Shown: positions 29,795 through 40,800, numbered from the stretch's first letter. The stretch is DNA of 64,000 nt from Paludibacteraceae bacterium (GCA_017454915.1 JAFTCC010000064.1:91322-155321); one strand, 5' to 3'. Made by a program: numbers and translations. Notes: generated from the sequence alone by a model not told the origin.

Positions 29795-31403
29795 AATGCA
29801 ACAAATATGTGGGGGGATTGTCGTATTGCATGACAGGCTTGAAGCGGCTTTGGTTTTGCATTATCGCAGGATAAAGATAAAGCCCTGTGCTGCTGTAGCC
29901 CAATGCGTCAAGTATCACATAATCGGTGTTATGCTCCTCAAGGTCGCGTATGACCTCCTCGGGTTTGTCGGAGAACGCATAGCGGCGGGCGCAAATGTCC
30001 GGAGCGTACATCATAAATAGTTCGGGCTTGCGGCAAGCCACCACTACGTGCTTGCCCTTGAAGTGCCGTTTCATCTGTTTGGCTATATCAAAATACTCTT
30101 TGTATGCTGGCGGATAAGCCTGCCGGTTCTGCTGCGCGAGCAGTTTTACTGATGGGATTTCAAGGAGCGCCAGCACTATCAGCGACAAAGCCAACAGCTG
30201 CAGCGCACCGCCTTTAGAGTCAAGCTGCTTGGCGTTTTTGCCGTTGGACTTATCGGGCTTAGCCACCTTAACCTTTATGAGCCTGACAACGCCTGCCACG
30301 CCGAGATAGAATGTCATCACAATCCACGGTATCAACGGTACCACATAGCGGATGCCATTGCCTCCATGCCAGAGTCCAAACAAGCCTATGTTGCCCACAA
30401 AGTATGCAAACAGCAACCACGTGAATTTGCGGTTGACAAAGCATCCGTAAATCATAACTGCAATTATAAGCAGCGCGCCTGAGATAAGAAGCCAAGACGA
30501 GGTCTCATTGTAGTTGACATTGACAAAAGGGAACAAGCTTTCAGTGAAGGCCTTGACAACCGTTTCGTCCATGTTTTTCAGGACTTTCTCCACGAACTCC
30601 GCCGGAGTGCTTATTGTGCCTTGCTCGGGCCGCCACGGGTTGACGGTCATGATGGTTCCGAAATATCGCGACTCAAGTCCGGCAGCCTTGTTGCGGAGCA
30701 CCCACGGCAGGTATGCCACAACGGCAATGGCGAGCGACGTCAGCGCCTGCTTCCATTCCTTGCGGACGAGATAAAACACCAGCAAGGCAAATATGCAAGC
30801 CATAGCCATCGTGCGAAAATAGTATGCCGCCACAGCACTCAAAATCGCACAATAAAACCACGGACAACGATACCAAGGCGTTAGTGCTTGGCCACTGTTT
30901 CCTTGACCTTGGCTCGTGGTTCCAGAATCTTGGTTATCCGCATACATCCACAGGCTGAGAAAACACAGGGCGGAGAAAAAGGCGTAGTTCATCTCCGACA
31001 TCACCATAGTGGCAAAGTGGAGCATGGGCGCGCTCAGCGCGAGGAACACCCCTACTGAAAGACCAAGCCAGTCGTTGCCCGACAAACGGGCTGTAATATG
31101 ACTGATAATAAAAATGACAAGCAGCATCAGTATGCCGTTGAGCACCTTGAAAAACACTATACTGTCAATGCCCATACGCATGAAAAGCGACAGCACAAAA
31201 CTATAAGCCGGAGGGAAATGATTGACAGGCTGATAAGACGCGTCATACGACAACGCACTGTAACCATGCCCTGCCGCAATGTTGTGAGCGTATGTCAAAT
31301 AGTTGGCATTGTCGCCGTTCAAATCAAGTTTCTTGTCGAAAATGGTCGAAAAACTGATAAGAAAAGTAAGCGCGATGCTGAGCAGAATAATAATCTTTCT
31401 CAT
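29784..31403 (-). CDS. GT39/ArnT-like polyprenyl-phosphate-sugar-dependent glycosyltransferase
   Basis: 539 aa and polytopic (more than 10 TM). It has an N-terminal DxD-like loop (LNGDNANYL) and overlaps gtrA by 11 nt. Confidence 0.6.
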   Translation of the reverse strand: MRKIIILLSIALTFLISFSTIFDKKLDLNGDNANYLTYAHNIAAGHGYSALSYDASYQPVNHFPPAYSFVLSLFMRMGIDSIVFFKVLNGILMLLVIFIISHITARLSGNDWLGLSVGVFLALSAPMLHFATMVMSEMNYAFFSALCFLSLWMYADNQDSGTTSQGQGNSGQALTPWYRCPWFYCAILSAVAAYYFRTMAMACIFALLVFYLVRKEWKQALTSLAIAVVAYLPWVLRNKAAGLESRYFGTIMTVNPWRPEQGTISTPAEFVEKVLKNMDETVVKAFTESLFPFVNVNYNETSSWLLISGALLIIAVMIYGCFVNRKFTWLLFAYFVGNIGLFGLWHGGNGIRYVVPLIPWIVMTFYLGVAGVVRLIKVKVAKPDKSNGKNAKQLDSKGGALQLLALSLIVLALLEIPSVKLLAQQNRQAYPPAYKEYFDIAKQMKRHFKGKHVVVACRKPELFMMYAPDICARRYAFSDKPEEVIRDLEEHNTDYVILDALGYSSTGLYLYPAIMQNQSRFKPVMQYDNPPTYLLHFER

Positions 31404-31405
31404 GA

Positions 31406-31846
31406 CTATGGCGTTTGGGATTGTTGTGTTTCGGGTTCTTTTTTACGTGTGAAGTAGGTCTGGTTTTTGAACGCGTCCTGCCACGTCATTGACGAAGCGT
31501 CAAGTTGAGTGATTGTGGCGTTCTTGGGCACACTGCCGCCGGACACTGCAATTTTGAAGTTCAAGGCTACTTTTACTACAGTCTTTGAGTTTGATGTTTC
31601 TTCCGCGACAGCCCAGTTGAACCAGCCATTGCCATCGACTTCTATGTCATCCTCATACACGTCTTCCGACTCGTCCCAAAAAGCGCCTGTGCCGTCGTCA
31701 TGAAAATGGAGATACTGTTCTGTGCCGGTGATTTGCCAGATGCCAGGCAACAAAGAAGTGTCGATTTTCTTCTCGTCTTTTTTGCACGATGCCATCAGCA
31801 AAACCACCGTGAACGCCAACAGTATATTAAAAAATTTTGTCTGCAT
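31406..31846 (-). CDS. hypothetical lipoprotein
   Basis: MQTKFFNILLAFTVVLLMASC lipobox. The ATG at 31846 is preferred to the ORF-track start at 31882. Confidence 0.55.
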   Translation of the reverse strand: MQTKFFNILLAFTVVLLMASCKKDEKKIDTSLLPGIWQITGTEQYLHFHDDGTGAFWDESEDVYEDDIEVDGNGWFNWAVAEETSNSKTVVKVALNFKIAVSGGSVPKNATITQLDASSMTWQDAFKNQTYFTRKKEPETQQSQTP

Positions 31847-31894
31847 TATTAAATCCTGATTTGTCAAATGGTAGATTGTCAAAGAGTAAATAAA

Positions 31895-33370
31895 TTATTC
31901 CCATCCGTCGAAAATATGCTCATCGTAGAAGTTATTCTCATCCTTGTCATGCACGTTATACCAGAGTTGTGCAAGGAATGGGTTGTGCCGTGCCTGTTCA
32001 TCATAGTTCCATGGCAATGGAAGACATTCAGGACACCAGTGTCCGCCGAGCAGCACCAATGTTGGTGATGCCTTAAAGCGGTGCCCTTCGTGGCACTCCC
32101 ACTCGAGCGGTGTGGTCCAGTCGCCTTTTGCCATGCTCTCCGACACGCACTTTCCGCCTCTAAACTCCGCCGCCTTGCGCATATCCTCGATGGTGAATTC
32201 CTCGCGCGGTTTGCTCTCGTCATAGCCGTGATTCATCAGTTGTGGAGTGTCGGAAGGACGGCTCACGTCAAAGTCTTTCCACTCGGGTATAGCCTCATAC
32301 TTGTCGCGGCTGCCATAGTAGGCCGCTATGCGTTGCGTGTCATTATGCTTTATCCACCACTGTGTGCCGTGCCGCTCTTTGTAGGCCATAGGCAGCATGG
32401 CAAGTTTGATGATAAATGCCGGAACTATTCTGGCAAGACTGAAAAACCAAGGCAAACGGCTGCTCATGCCGGCAAAGTAATCGTCAACAGGCACATTGGC
32501 GCGGAAATGAAGATAATTCTCAAGCACATCGCTGTCGGCATACCAATGCCCGTGGAAATTTTGCGTGGTGAACCACCTCGCACGGAAAATCTTCTCGGGA
32601 GGAGGGCAGTGTATCGCTTTCAGCAGTTTGCATTCGAACTCGTAGTTCGTCAGACGATATTCTGCTCCTGAGCCTATGTTGTAGAATCTGTTCCAGAACT
32701 CATCAGGCAGGTCTGGGTCGCACACATTACACAACACCCTGCCGCTGTCTTCCACCGTTGCCCACTCAAGGCAGCCACGGATAGGCACGTGAAACATTAT
32801 GGGGTCGTAGTTGCGAAGTATGGCGGGATATAGAATGCCCGACTGGCGCAGGCTTACCCAACGCTTGATGCCGGACTCGGCTATGATGCGTTCCGCCATA
32901 ACTTTTGTCAGCCCGTAGTGGTCATACACCGCCACTTGTATCGGATCTCCTGCGCGCCCCCAATGAAGCGGCTCACGGTGGTCGCCAAGTTGAGCAACAC
33001 TGCCGATATACACCACACGAGGCTGTTTTTCTTCGGGCTGCGCAAGCACTGCCTTAACAACATTTTCGGCAGCGCCTATGTTAACCTTGCGCGTCGAACG
33101 TGGCTTATAGTCCGCCTGAGGGCTTACCATACCACCCACATGAAGCACCACATCACTACCTGTAACACCGCGCAACACGTCATCGTAGTTGAGCAAATCG
33201 CCCCAAACAACCTCTACGCGGCCCTGATATTGCGATAATAATTCCTTATTCTTAGCGCTCGGGCGGGCTAATACCTTAACACGGTATTTGTCGCTGCGGC
33301 GGAGCAGTTCCGTCATTCCTGCGAAGCCCATCGTGCCTGTGGCACCCGTCAAAAACACTGTAGTAAGCAT
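31895..33370 (-). CDS. NAD-dependent epimerase/dehydratase (SDR) with Cys/His-rich C-terminal extension
   Basis: TGATGTMGFAG Rossmann motif and YGLTK (YxxxK). About 130 extra C-terminal residues contain ECHEGH...HWCPEC. Confidence 0.65.
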   Translation of the reverse strand: MLTTVFLTGATGTMGFAGMTELLRRSDKYRVKVLARPSAKNKELLSQYQGRVEVVWGDLLNYDDVLRGVTGSDVVLHVGGMVSPQADYKPRSTRKVNIGAAENVVKAVLAQPEEKQPRVVYIGSVAQLGDHREPLHWGRAGDPIQVAVYDHYGLTKVMAERIIAESGIKRWVSLRQSGILYPAILRNYDPIMFHVPIRGCLEWATVEDSGRVLCNVCDPDLPDEFWNRFYNIGSGAEYRLTNYEFECKLLKAIHCPPPEKIFRARWFTTQNFHGHWYADSDVLENYLHFRANVPVDDYFAGMSSRLPWFFSLARIVPAFIIKLAMLPMAYKERHGTQWWIKHNDTQRIAAYYGSRDKYEAIPEWKDFDVSRPSDTPQLMNHGYDESKPREEFTIEDMRKAAEFRGGKCVSESMAKGDWTTPLEWECHEGHRFKASPTLVLLGGHWCPECLPLPWNYDEQARHNPFLAQLWYNVHDKDENNFYDEHIFDGWE

Positions 33371-33456
33371 GAAGGAGGATTTAACTATTTAAATATTAAA
33401 ATATTTAACTATTTATTTTATTACTAATTTTAGAAAAGTGCGTAAAAACACAAGTG

Positions 33457-33464
33457 CAAAGTTA
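33457..33464 (-). promoter_or_regulatory. Bacteroidetes -7 promoter box (TAACTTTG on minus strand)
   Basis: The plus strand reads CAAAGTTA. It lies 87 nt upstream of the ATG at 33370 and is divergent from the mdh promoter. Confidence 0.5.
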
Positions 33465-33533
33465 CACTATTTTGCTCAAACGGCAAAATGCAAAAAAATT
33501 AAAGATTTTTTTCCGTAATTAACAAAAATGTCG

Positions 33534-33541
33534 TACCTTTG
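33534..33541 (+). promoter_or_regulatory. Bacteroidetes -7 promoter box (TACCTTTG)
   Basis: CGTACCTTTGCAG lies 31 nt upstream of the mdh ATG. The same extended context occurs at 55804-55811 on the minus strand. Confidence 0.55.
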
Positions 33542-33571
33542 CAGTACGAAATCAAACAAAAATAACATATC

Positions 33572-34513
33572 ATGTCAAAAGTTACAGTAGTAGGCGCTGG
33601 CAACGTAGGAGCCACATGCGCCAACGTGTTGGCAGTCAAAGAGATAGCCAACGAAGTCGTTTTAATCGACATCAAAGAGGGCGTTGCTGAGGGCAAGGCC
33701 ATGGACATCATGCAGACAGCCCAACTGATGGGTTTTGACACCAAAGTTACGGGCGTAACCAACGACTACAGCGTTACGGCTAACTCTGACGTTGTTGTCA
33801 TCACCTCAGGAATACCGCGTAAGCCGGGCATGACTCGCGAAGAACTGATAGGCGTTAACGCAGGCATCGTCAAGAGCGTTGTCAAGAGTGTGCTTGAGCA
33901 TTCACCCAACGCAATCCTCGTTATCGTTGCCAACCCGATGGACACGATGGCATACCTGACCATCAAATCGCTGGGCCTGCCCCGCAACCGCGTCATCGGT
34001 ATGGGTGGACCTCTCGACAGCAGCCGCCTGAAATATTTCCTCTCAGAAGAACTGAAATGCAACCCCAATGAGGTTGAAGGCATCGTAATTGGCGGTCACG
34101 GCGACACCACCATGATACCGCTCATGTCTCATGCCACATACAAAGGCTATCCTGTAAGCACATTCCTTAGCCAAGAGCGCATCGACGACGTTTGCCAGAA
34201 AACAATGGTTGGCGGCGCAACACTCACAAAACTGCTCGGAACATCGGCTTGGATGGCTCCTGGAGCTGCCGCTTCGTTCCTCACAGAGGCTATCGTTAAA
34301 GACCAGAAGAAACTCCTCCCCGTTTCAGCTTATCTTGAGGGCGAATATGGAATGAAGGACATCATGATTGGCGTTCCCTGCATCATCGGCAAGAACGGCA
34401 TTGAACGCATCGTTGAACTTCCGCTCACAGCTGACGAGAAAGAGAAACTCAAAGCATCAGAAGCCGCCGTGCGCAAAACAAACAACATCCTCTACGAAAC
34501 AAAGGCTCTCTAA
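33572..34513 (+). CDS. mdh: malate dehydrogenase
   Basis: MSKVTVVGAGNVGATCA, ITSGIPRKPGMTR and GGHGDTM are LDH-like MDH motifs. 313 aa. Confidence 0.92.
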   Translation: MSKVTVVGAGNVGATCANVLAVKEIANEVVLIDIKEGVAEGKAMDIMQTAQLMGFDTKVTGVTNDYSVTANSDVVVITSGIPRKPGMTREELIGVNAGIVKSVVKSVLEHSPNAILVIVANPMDTMAYLTIKSLGLPRNRVIGMGGPLDSSRLKYFLSEELKCNPNEVEGIVIGGHGDTTMIPLMSHATYKGYPVSTFLSQERIDDVCQKTMVGGATLTKLLGTSAWMAPGAAASFLTEAIVKDQKKLLPVSAYLEGEYGMKDIMIGVPCIIGKNGIERIVELPLTADEKEKLKASEAAVRKTNNILYETKAL

Positions 34514-34630
34514 ACCGAATTGAAAGGCTTGTGGCTTATTGACTATTGACACGAATTGGTCAAAAAAATCTTCCACAACTGCCTTAAATCCTACTCGGCC
34601 ATTAGACCGGCCACGGGTGTAAATTAGTAC

Positions 34631-34668
34631 AAAAGACGGATATGCGAAAAGCGTGTCCGTCTTTTTGT
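34631..34668 (+). terminator. intrinsic terminator downstream of mdh
   Basis: AAAAGACGGA ... TCCGTCTTTT stem followed by TTTTGTG. Confidence 0.55.
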
Positions 34669-34681
34669 GTAAAAAAAATCG

Positions 34682-34689
34682 TAACTTTG
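34682..34689 (+). promoter_or_regulatory. Bacteroidetes -7 promoter box (TAACTTTG)
   Basis: AAAAAAAATCGTAACTTTGCAG has the same context as 46825-46832. It lies 79 nt upstream of the ATG at 34768. Confidence 0.55.
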
Positions 34690-34767
34690 CAGTTGTAAAT
34701 CAAAGAATAGCCGACATTTGCGGCAAAAAAAACGCATAGGTCGAACGGCAAGAAAAGGACACAAATA

Positions 34768-35892
34768 ATGACCGACAACAAGATACTTGAGCGCAACAGC
34801 AACCTTGAATTGCTCCGCATTGTGTGTATGGTGCTCATCGTGGCGCACCACTTCATCGTTCACGGCTTCATTGTCAACCTTGAGGCGATGAACACCACCA
34901 TGACCACCGACCGCATCGTAGGCACTGTACTCAATGCCATACATGTCAGCATCAACTGTTTCATACTCATTTCCGGATACTTTGGCATCAAGTTCCGGCT
35001 CCGCAGCCTTCTGAAGCTGTTTCTCACAATGCTTTTCTTCTCGCTGCTTTACTATCTGCTCACCATAGCATTCACCGACAAGGCATTCAAATGGGACCAG
35101 CTGGTTTACGTTGTACGCACGCTGAGCCACGGACCATGGTGGTTTATGCAACGCTACGTCTATCTGTTCCTGCTCGCTCCGCTCATTAACTACGCTATCA
35201 AAGCCATGGACAAACGACAGTTTCTTGTCATGCTTCTCATCATGACATTCGTCAACGTGGTGATGGGTTACGACGGGCACTCGATGAACAACGTGTCTGG
35301 CAACAGCACTGCCCATTTTGTTTACATATACTGCATAGGACGCTACATACGGCTCTACGCCAATGTCAAGAGAGAACACCGGTGGTGGTATCTTGCGATT
35401 TCACTATTGTGCATGGCGGGCATCATAGCGGCATCAATAATTAACAAATGGTACTATAACTTCGCCGCGCCTAACATACGGCTGATGTATCACAACAACC
35501 CCGCCAACTTAATAGCGTCAATAGCTTTCTTCATGTTTTTCTGCACTCTCAATTTCAAGTCGCGTGCCGTCAACTGGATAGCATCCGGCGTGCTTGCAGC
35601 ATATCTTTTGCAGGACAACTCAATGTACATTTCCAAGCCGTACATCTACGCCACTGTAAAGAAATGGTGGTTGGGAGAAATAGGCACAGACGCTTGGTGG
35701 GGATTAAACTACGACATCAGGTGGCTGCAATTTACGCTGCTGGTGCTGCTGTTTATGGCCGTGGCCATCTTAATTGACAAAGTGGTGCAAAGAATTTACC
35801 TTGCACCACTGATGGGGCTGTATGACAAAATAGAGCCTAAGTTCAAACCACTGCGACAACGCTGCATCGACTGGCTCAACAAAATAGTCTGA
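34768..35892 (+). CDS. membrane O-acyltransferase (acyltransferase family 3)
   Basis: NSNLELLRIVCMVLIVAHH motif. 374 aa and polytopic. Confidence 0.7.
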   Translation: MTDNKILERNSNLELLRIVCMVLIVAHHFIVHGFIVNLEAMNTTMTTDRIVGTVLNAIHVSINCFILISGYFGIKFRLRSLLKLFLTMLFFSLLYYLLTIAFTDKAFKWDQLVYVVRTLSHGPWWFMQRYVYLFLLAPLINYAIKAMDKRQFLVMLLIMTFVNVVMGYDGHSMNNVSGNSTAHFVYIYCIGRYIRLYANVKREHRWWYLAISLLCMAGIIAASIINKWYYNFAAPNIRLMYHNNPANLIASIAFFMFFCTLNFKSRAVNWIASGVLAAYLLQDNSMYISKPYIYATVKKWWLGEIGTDAWWGLNYDIRWLQFTLLVLLFMAVAILIDKVVQRIYLAPLMGLYDKIEPKFKPLRQRCIDWLNKIV

Positions 35893-35909
35893 AACAGAAA
35901 AAAGGAATA

Positions 35910-35954
35910 ACTAAAACAACTAGTCAAACTATAATAACTAGTCAAACTAGTTAA
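35910..35954 (+). repeat. 9-bp periodic ACTAGnnAA array (5 units)
   Basis: Units: ACTAAAACA ACTAGTCAA ACTATAATA ACTAGTCAA ACTAGTTAA. The array ends 21 nt before the yidD ATG. Confidence 0.85.
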
Positions 35955-35975
35955 ACCGGAACCTCTCCAAACAAA

Positions 35976-36206
35976 ATGACCAAGCTTCAAACCATAATCC
36001 GCAAAGCCTTTCTTCTGCCGGTTTACTTCTACCGCGCATGCATTAGCCCGATGCTGCCGCCATCGTGCCGCTACACGCCCACCTGCTCGCAGTATATGGT
36101 TGAGGCAGTGATGAAATATGGAATTTTCAAAGGCGGATGGCTTGGTATAAAGCGGATATTGCGCTGTCACCCGTGGGGAGGCAGCGGATACGACCCGGTG
36201 CCTTAA
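35976..36206 (+). CDS. yidD: membrane protein insertion efficiency factor YidD
   Basis: [19 protein letters not shown] is the signature. 76 aa. Confidence 0.85.
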   Translation: MTKLQTIIRKAFLLPVYFYRACISPMLPPSCRYTPTCSQYMVEAVMKYGIFKGGWLGIKRILRCHPWGGSGYDPVP

Positions 36207-36280
36207 CACAAATCGGCCATTGGACCGAAAAGGGTAATTGGGAGAAAAGATGACCAGTTGCCTATTGTAATGACCTCTGT

Positions 36281-37708
36281 ATGCCGCAACCACAACAGGC
36301 ATACGCCATATTGACGCTGATGTTTTTTTTGCTTGCCATACTTCTCATGTTAGTGGCTTTTATGCCTGCCGAAGCTCAAGACAGCGTTCGCATTGTCATG
36401 CTTGACACAGTGCGTACAGCAGAATTGCGTGAGACGTCGGCTGCAGCAAACGATAGCGTACTCACTGCCATTATGCTAAAGCGGATGCGCGAGCAGGCTG
36501 ATACATTGGCGCACGCAAAAGATGACCGCACCACCCTATTCCCGAGACACCTCAGTTTTGCCGACTCAGTCCGCATCGCAAGTTATGCCGAACTCCATCA
36601 CGCCGCTAATCCCATGCTGCTACCGCTCTACTCCGACCCGCACTTCTGGGACACGGACACAATCACCATCACAAAGGCGAAAAACAAGCGACACGACATC
36701 CCACTTCTGTGCGAAATAGAAAACCGGAAAATAATAGACAAATTGCGTGCCCGCACCATACGTTATATCGAAACACACAACATGGATCTCATTGCCGGCG
36801 CCAAGAGCCAACTGCCATCCGTGGCAGAAATCACACACCTCGAAAAAAAGGAGCAACGGCGACACGGCATAACAATCAAAAACGACAGCAGCAGCAACCT
36901 TAGTATAGGTGTAACAAACTCATTGTGGTCACACAAGGTCAAACTGCTTGCACAGGCCACCCAAAACTATGCGACACGCAACTGGCACAAGGGACCTGCC
37001 AACAGCATCGCAATAATAGCAAGCGCCAAAGCCACGTTCACATACGACAACGCAAAAAAAATCAGTTGGAAAAACGAGATTGAATGGAGAGCTGGCGTAA
37101 GCACCGTCAGCGGCGACACGCTACGCAAAGTTGCGGTAACCGACGACCTGCTCAGAATAACATCCACTTTCGGATACCGTGCGGTTAAGAAACTTTATTA
37201 TTCGGCATACGCAGAGTTAAGCACTCAACTTTTTCGCACATACCAAGGCACCAACAAACCCAATCTGCGGTCAACGTGCTTCAATCCGCTGAGGCTCAAC
37301 TTGGGACTTGGACTGGAGTACAAGCCAAACAAAGACTTTTCACTGTCTGTTTCACCTGCTGCGCTAAAATACATTTACGTTGGCGACAGTGCCAAAGTAG
37401 CCCCTGCACAATATGGCATTGCCGCTGGCAAACGTCAACTGGCTGAATTTGGCTCAACGGTTAGGCTCGACTGGACGTGGAAACCGCGGTATTGGGTAGA
37501 GATAGATACAAGGCTATTTTTCTACACCAACTATCGCGCCGTTGAGGTGGAGCTCGAAATCAACAGTAACTTTATTATCAACCAATACCTGTCGGCGCAA
37601 GTTAGTATCTACCCGCGAATCGATAACACTGTTCCGCCGCTAAATGGCTCACATAGTTACTGGCAATTCAAAGAACTGCTCAGCATAGGATTTTCACACA
37701 CATTCTAA
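36281..37708 (+). CDS. outer-membrane beta-barrel protein (DUF3078-like)
   Basis: Signal peptide, alternating beta-strand pattern, and a C-terminal ...SIGFSHTF. NWHKGPANSIA resembles the DUF3078 motif. Confidence 0.5.
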   Translation: MPQPQQAYAILTLMFFLLAILLMLVAFMPAEAQDSVRIVMLDTVRTAELRETSAAANDSVLTAIMLKRMREQADTLAHAKDDRTTLFPRHLSFADSVRIASYAELHHAANPMLLPLYSDPHFWDTDTITITKAKNKRHDIPLLCEIENRKIIDKLRARTIRYIETHNMDLIAGAKSQLPSVAEITHLEKKEQRRHGITIKNDSSSNLSIGVTNSLWSHKVKLLAQATQNYATRNWHKGPANSIAIIASAKATFTYDNAKKISWKNEIEWRAGVSTVSGDTLRKVAVTDDLLRITSTFGYRAVKKLYYSAYAELSTQLFRTYQGTNKPNLRSTCFNPLRLNLGLGLEYKPNKDFSLSVSPAALKYIYVGDSAKVAPAQYGIAAGKRQLAEFGSTVRLDWTWKPRYWVEIDTRLFFYTNYRAVEVELEINSNFIINQYLSAQVSIYPRIDNTVPPLNGSHSYWQFKELLSIGFSHTF

Positions 37709-37712
37709 CAAC

Positions 37713-37750
37713 AAAATCGGCACTCTTGGAGGAGCGCCGATTTTGTTTGT
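37713..37750. terminator. bidirectional terminator between convergent genes
   Basis: AAAATCGGC ... GCCGATTTT stem (37713-37721 and 37736-37744) with a T-run on the plus strand and an A-run upstream (a T-run on the minus strand). Confidence 0.55.
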
Positions 37751-37804
37751 TTTATGATGGTTTGTTTACATCCGAGGTCGGTATAAAGACCGATTAGGCT
37801 TGTT

Positions 37805-40800
37805 TTACAGCACCACCTTGGTTGTGTGTGTGCCGATGCGTAGCATATACACGCCTTGCGGCAGGGCTGCCGACTTCCATTCGTCTGCGGCTTGCTCATT
37901 GCTGATGAGACGTCCGGCAGCGTCAAAGAGCATTATGTTTTGAGAGCCTTCAATGCCTTCAACGTTGATGCGTCCGTCCACAACACGCACCAGCATATTG
38001 CCTGTCAGTTCTGCCAAGCCTGTAGGCTGCTGCGATTGCGGCTTAGCGCCTACTGTGAATATCAAGGTAAAGCGGTCTTTTACTTCTCCTGCAGGCAGGT
38101 TAGCGGTGTATGTAAAGTCGGTAAGTTCGGTACGGATATTCTCTACATGGTCCACAAGCACAACACTGGCGGTTTGTGAAACACCCTCTGTAAGTTCTAC
38201 AGTGTATTGTCCGGCTTCAGGCACGACGACTGTGAGAGGCACTTCCTGGTCTTTATATTCCAATGCGTTACCTGCCGCCTCGGTGTTGCCCACAAGCGTG
38301 AACAAAGCCGCTGTGTTGTTGCGGAACTTGAAGAGGTCTTCGCCAGGGTTAAACTCATCGCTGGCATCGGTCTGCAACAGAACTATTGTCTGGTCAACAA
38401 GTCCTTGTTCAGAGTCGAACAAGCGCAGTGTGTAATCTTCGTTATGATAGACATTGGCAGGGGTGTTTTCTGCTCTACGACGCGGAGCGAATGACGGCGT
38501 AGCGATGCGCCCAGCCGCCGCCCAGTCTATCGTGCCGGCAAACTGTGTCATGTAGCTATAACATGGCTTGTAGGTAAAGGTTTTACCGTTTTCAACATAG
38601 TATCCGGTGCTTGCGCCTTTGCTGGTAAGAGCTATGGGGCTATTGTTGCCCGAGCCTTTCTGGAACACATCATTGAAGATATACAAGAAGTTGGGGAATG
38701 CGTTGGCGCCGTAGGGAGATGTGAAACTGTCGTCGGCAGGCGTACCATTGTTGGGTGCCACATTCTCGAATGCTATAGGACCTATAACACGCCAGTTGCT
38801 GTCTTCGCCCTTACGCGCACCGCCTTGCGCTTCGCAAATCATCTCAGGATATTCCGCCAAACGCGACTGGGCCTTAACATCACCTATGTTTGCCGCTACA
38901 GAGGGGAAGAAGATGCCTTTTTGACGCACGGTTTCTAACAGCACACCATTGTCCCAGTGCCCTACCGACGGGAAGTCAATATTGGCAGCCTTGAAACTGA
39001 ACGCATAGCCTTCGCCGGCCTTCAGGGTGTAGGTTGACTTGGCGTTGTTCCAGAATGTGGGTATGTTGATAGTCCAGCTATATTGTGCGCGTGCATCACC
39101 GCGATAGCGCTGTATCACCCAGTCGGTGTTGTAGCCCGAAAGTCCGAAAGCGTCACTGATTTTGCACTCGAACGGAACAGAGAACCAGAACAGGTTCTTA
39201 TTGGCGTCAAGAGCTGTTACATCATTATTGTTGGGCTTCAGGATAAAGTAGAAGTAAGCTCGCTTGAGGCCCTTGATGCTGGCAGTACCGTTGACGTCAA
39301 AGGTCTTTGTGTCGTTGTTCATCTCGCGGCGCAGGATGAGGTTAGCCTCTATCGTTGTCTCGCCGCTGTTGAACTTGTCGCCGTCAGGTATCCAACCTGC
39401 CACGATACGGTTGGTCTTGTAGTCATAACTTACGAGCATGTTGCGCAAGTCGTTAGGATTGTTGGCGGTAAGGATTTCAAGCAGAGTGGTATTGTTACCA
39501 AGCAGCCACATATTGCGCGGCGTTGCTACGCCAGTGCTGTGGTAGTAGTGACCGAGCAAGCGTATTGTGGCATGCTCTTCGGCTTTCAGTTCAGCAGTAT
39601 ATACCCAGTCGGACATATCCACAAGTCCATATTTATCAGACTGCAGCAGGCGTGACTTAGTGGTTGCCGTTGCGGTTGATTTATAGACATTGTCACCGCC
39701 AAAGATAGTCAGATAATCGGAGTGAGCCGTTGAGCCGTTGAGCAGCGAATAACCGAAGTGGTTAGTGGTATTGTCATAACTATAGCGGATATTAGCTCCA
39801 CCGTCATCGCCATCGCCTATGGTATAGGATGGTATTTCACCGGCTATGTCGGGGTTGTACTGGTTGGCAACCATAGCGGAGATGTTCTCACCGTGGTTGC
39901 ACCATTTAACCCAATAGTGGTTGTAATACTCGTTAACGAATGAGCGGTCGGGCTCGAAAGCTGTGAACTTGGCATCGTTGTTCTTATAGTTGCCGAGGTT
40001 GTTAAGCACTCCGCGTGAGCGCACCCAGAAGTCACCCTCATATTTGGTCCAAGCCCCGATGGTAGTGGTGGTGGCGAGGTTGGTAACCCACACCCCGCTT
40101 TCTGTGGCTGAAGGCGCGGAGAAGGTCTTGTTGGCATAGTTCCACGATGCGCCGCCGTTGGTGGAGGTATAGAGACGAACTTCCGCGCCAGCCGCGACGA
40201 AGAGAGACATCTTGTTGGCTTCGCCAGTACCGGCTGCTTTCACATAGTTGCTGAAGTATTCGTTGGTGGCAGAGCCTGCGAACTTGAACGGTTCCACGTT
40301 GGGCACTTGCGCTCCAAGGCGGTAGAGTGTGCCAGAAGGCATGATGCTGAGTTCGTCAGTGAACTCATCGTAAATCCATATCACATTGCCACGAGCCTGT
40401 TCGTGGTTAAGGATGTGCTCGTTGTCGCGGTAGCCATCATGGCGGACATACCAAGAGGGCAATTCCTCATCACTTGACCACTTCATCTTTTCGTTGTAAG
40501 CCTTGTTCTGCGAATAGACGTGAACGAATATGTCGCCCGCTTTACCGGCATGGTCTTCTGTCTGGTGCGACTTAAGGTTATCATCGTTGCTAACCCAGTA
40601 TTTGTCATGCACCCAGAACGAAGCGTTCTCTGGAACGAGGAACTGATAGTAGGCTTGTTCGTTGTATGTTCCGGCACTGCTGTTGGCAATCCAGTTGCCA
40701 GAGCCGTTATTGAAGTACTCGAGTGTGTAAGGCGCACTGGCATCACCGTTGAAGCCGATGTCTGTACCCACATCGCCGATAATCATCGTTACCCGTATTT

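Noticed and set aside
34624-35379. Long antisense or shadow ORFs overlapping well-supported genes (also 56004-56732, 53607-54209, 14651-15202, 25122-25718, 32081-32671, 1543-2070 and many others in the track)
   Set aside because: Each lies opposite to, or out of frame with, a gene carrying clear family motifs. Their translations are low-complexity or biased (R/H/V/C-rich), as is typical of non-coding frames.
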